Source of the DNA: Octopus sinensis
Lineage: Eukaryota
DNA: 64,000 bases
Assembly: GCF_006345805.1 (NCBI RefSeq)
Contig: NC_042998.1
Coordinates: forward strand, 105,400,001-105,464,000
Direction of reading: 5' to 3'
Below are positions 62,366 through 64,000 of this stretch, one piece after another; position 1 is the first letter of the stretch; the number at the start of each line of letters is the position of its first letter. Under the pieces are notes generated by a model. That model was not told the origin of the DNA, searched no databases, and worked only from the letters and a program-made list of their open reading frames with translations. The position numbers and the translations under genes were made by a program.

Positions 62366-63455
62366 ACAATTGGATCCCTGTATGTATTTTGAGTCAGTGC
62401 ATTTAGAAATTTCCATTATATTACTAACAATTTCATTCACAATACTTATGTATCATTTTTTTCTCTTTTACAAAGCTTTCTTTTCGTTTTTTGCTGCTGA
62501 TGCTATTACTACTAATACACTGTTAATACAATTGACACTGCTAATATATGCTGATTTTGCTGATATTGTTAGCTAATATTTTTTAGCATATTCACTATGG
62601 ATTTTTATACAGAGTGGGATTGCCATTCCTGTGTTTCTCCCCTCCTTTCTTTTTAGATTTCATTTTATTGTGTACATCAGATTATTTTGTGATTGCTTGA
62701 AAAACACCATGATTTATGTTTGCTAAGGCATTCATGTAACAAACTAAAACCAAAAAAACAACAACAAAAGAAATAAAAGAAAGAAAGAAATTTTCTTTCT
62801 CGAAGCAAGATTTTATAAATATTATTATCCCTGTGTAATTGGTTGTTTCATACAGGAGTGTTCTCTGGAAATTCTTGGATATTCCATATATAATTCAAAA
62901 CACAGAAGTTCAGTGTTAGAAGCTAATATTTTTTCTGGTCCCAATAGTAATGCTGTTTTTACTAAATAAAGAATGATGTATGATTATAAGAAATGATAAA
63001 TGTAAAGTTATTTTATAGATACAGGAATAGGCTTGTAGAGAAGAACTTTACATTGCATCCTTGTACTTTTAGACTTGATGTCATGATGCAACAGCTAGAT
63101 GAGTGTGGCTGTTTCTCCAATACTTTGTAAGTGATATCTTGAAATTTTATTGATGGAAACTATGTGGAAGCCCTTCATATTTGGCATCGGTATGTTATTA
63201 AGTGTTTAAGAAATTTACTTCACAATCAGGAGGTTTCAAAGTTTATTCCAACTGTGCAGCAGTTTTGGAAGAAATCTTCTCCCATTGTCTCAGGTTGAAC
63301 AATGCCTTGAAAGTGAAATTTGTTGTACTGAAATTGTGTGCAACCTAGGATTGTATATAAGTGTGTGCATGTGTGTGTGTGTCTGTTTGTCTGTGTGTCT
63401 ATCTGTGCTCATATGTGTAAGTATAAAATATAAGAATAATATATATATATATTTA

Positions 63456-63638
63456 GGTGCAGGAGTGGCTGTGTGGTAAGAAGCTTGCTTCCCAACCACA
63501 TGGTTTCAGATTCACTCCCACTGTGTGGCACTTTGGGCAAGTGTCTTCTGACTAAACCCTTGTGAGTGGATTTGGTAGACAGAAACTGAAAGAAGCTCCT
63601 CACACACACATATATATATATATATACATATACGTTTA

Positions 63639-63673
<35 letters not shown>

Positions 63674-63880
63674 GGGTGTATTTGTGTGTTTGTGTTTGTC
63701 CACCCACTATCGCTTGATGACTGATGTTGGTGTGTTTACTTCCCCATAACTTAGCGTTTCAGCAAAAGAAACTGGTAGAATAATTACTAGGCTTACAAAG
63801 AATAAGTTCTGGTGTCAATTTGTTCAACTAAAGGTGGTGCTCCAGCATGAACGCCGTCAAATGACTGAAACAAGTGTTAA
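63456..63880 (+). mobile_element. SINE family C, full length
   Basis: ggtgcaggagtggctgtgtggtaag..ggcactttgggcaagtgtc..gaataattactaggcttac..gactgaaacaag. Confidence 0.88.
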
Positions 63881-64000
63881 ATGACATGGAAAGGGTCATA
63901 AGTGATGAAAGGGTCAACATGTGATGAAAATCACAGAGAAGGTCATAGCCCAACTAATTAGGGAGAGAGTTAGTTTAGACAAGATGAGGTTTGGGTTTGT
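63881..64000 (+). mobile_element. RTE RT fragment running off the window
   Basis: HVMKITEKVIAQLIRERVSLDKMRFGF matches DQVMKVTERVIAQLIRERVSLDEMQFGF. Confidence 0.85.

Overview
AT-rich, microsatellite-saturated eukaryotic DNA made almost entirely of transposable elements. The repeat repertoire suggests an octopod cephalopod genome (inference, not checked against a database). No host protein-coding gene, rRNA, genuine tRNA or CRISPR array is supported. Main elements: (1) a young 5'-truncated Penelope-like retroelement (open RT + GIY-YIG frame) with ~960-bp inverted pseudo-LTRs carrying hammerhead ribozyme motifs (697-4585); (2) a young 5'-truncated RTE LINE (50350-53640) plus many RTE fragments and 3' UTRs; (3) two mariners and a long-TIR Tc1; (4) Ty3/Gypsy, R4/Dong-like, Tx1-like, hAT and MULE remnants; (5) two non-autonomous Helitron-like elements; (6) several tRNA-derived SINE families. 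The most unusual signals are a repeat family whose two hammerhead core halves are conserved in swapped order, including an 808-bp tandem pair, and several foldback or snap-back palindromes. All alignments were done by eye. Boundaries of degraded elements are approximate (about +/-20 bp or more).
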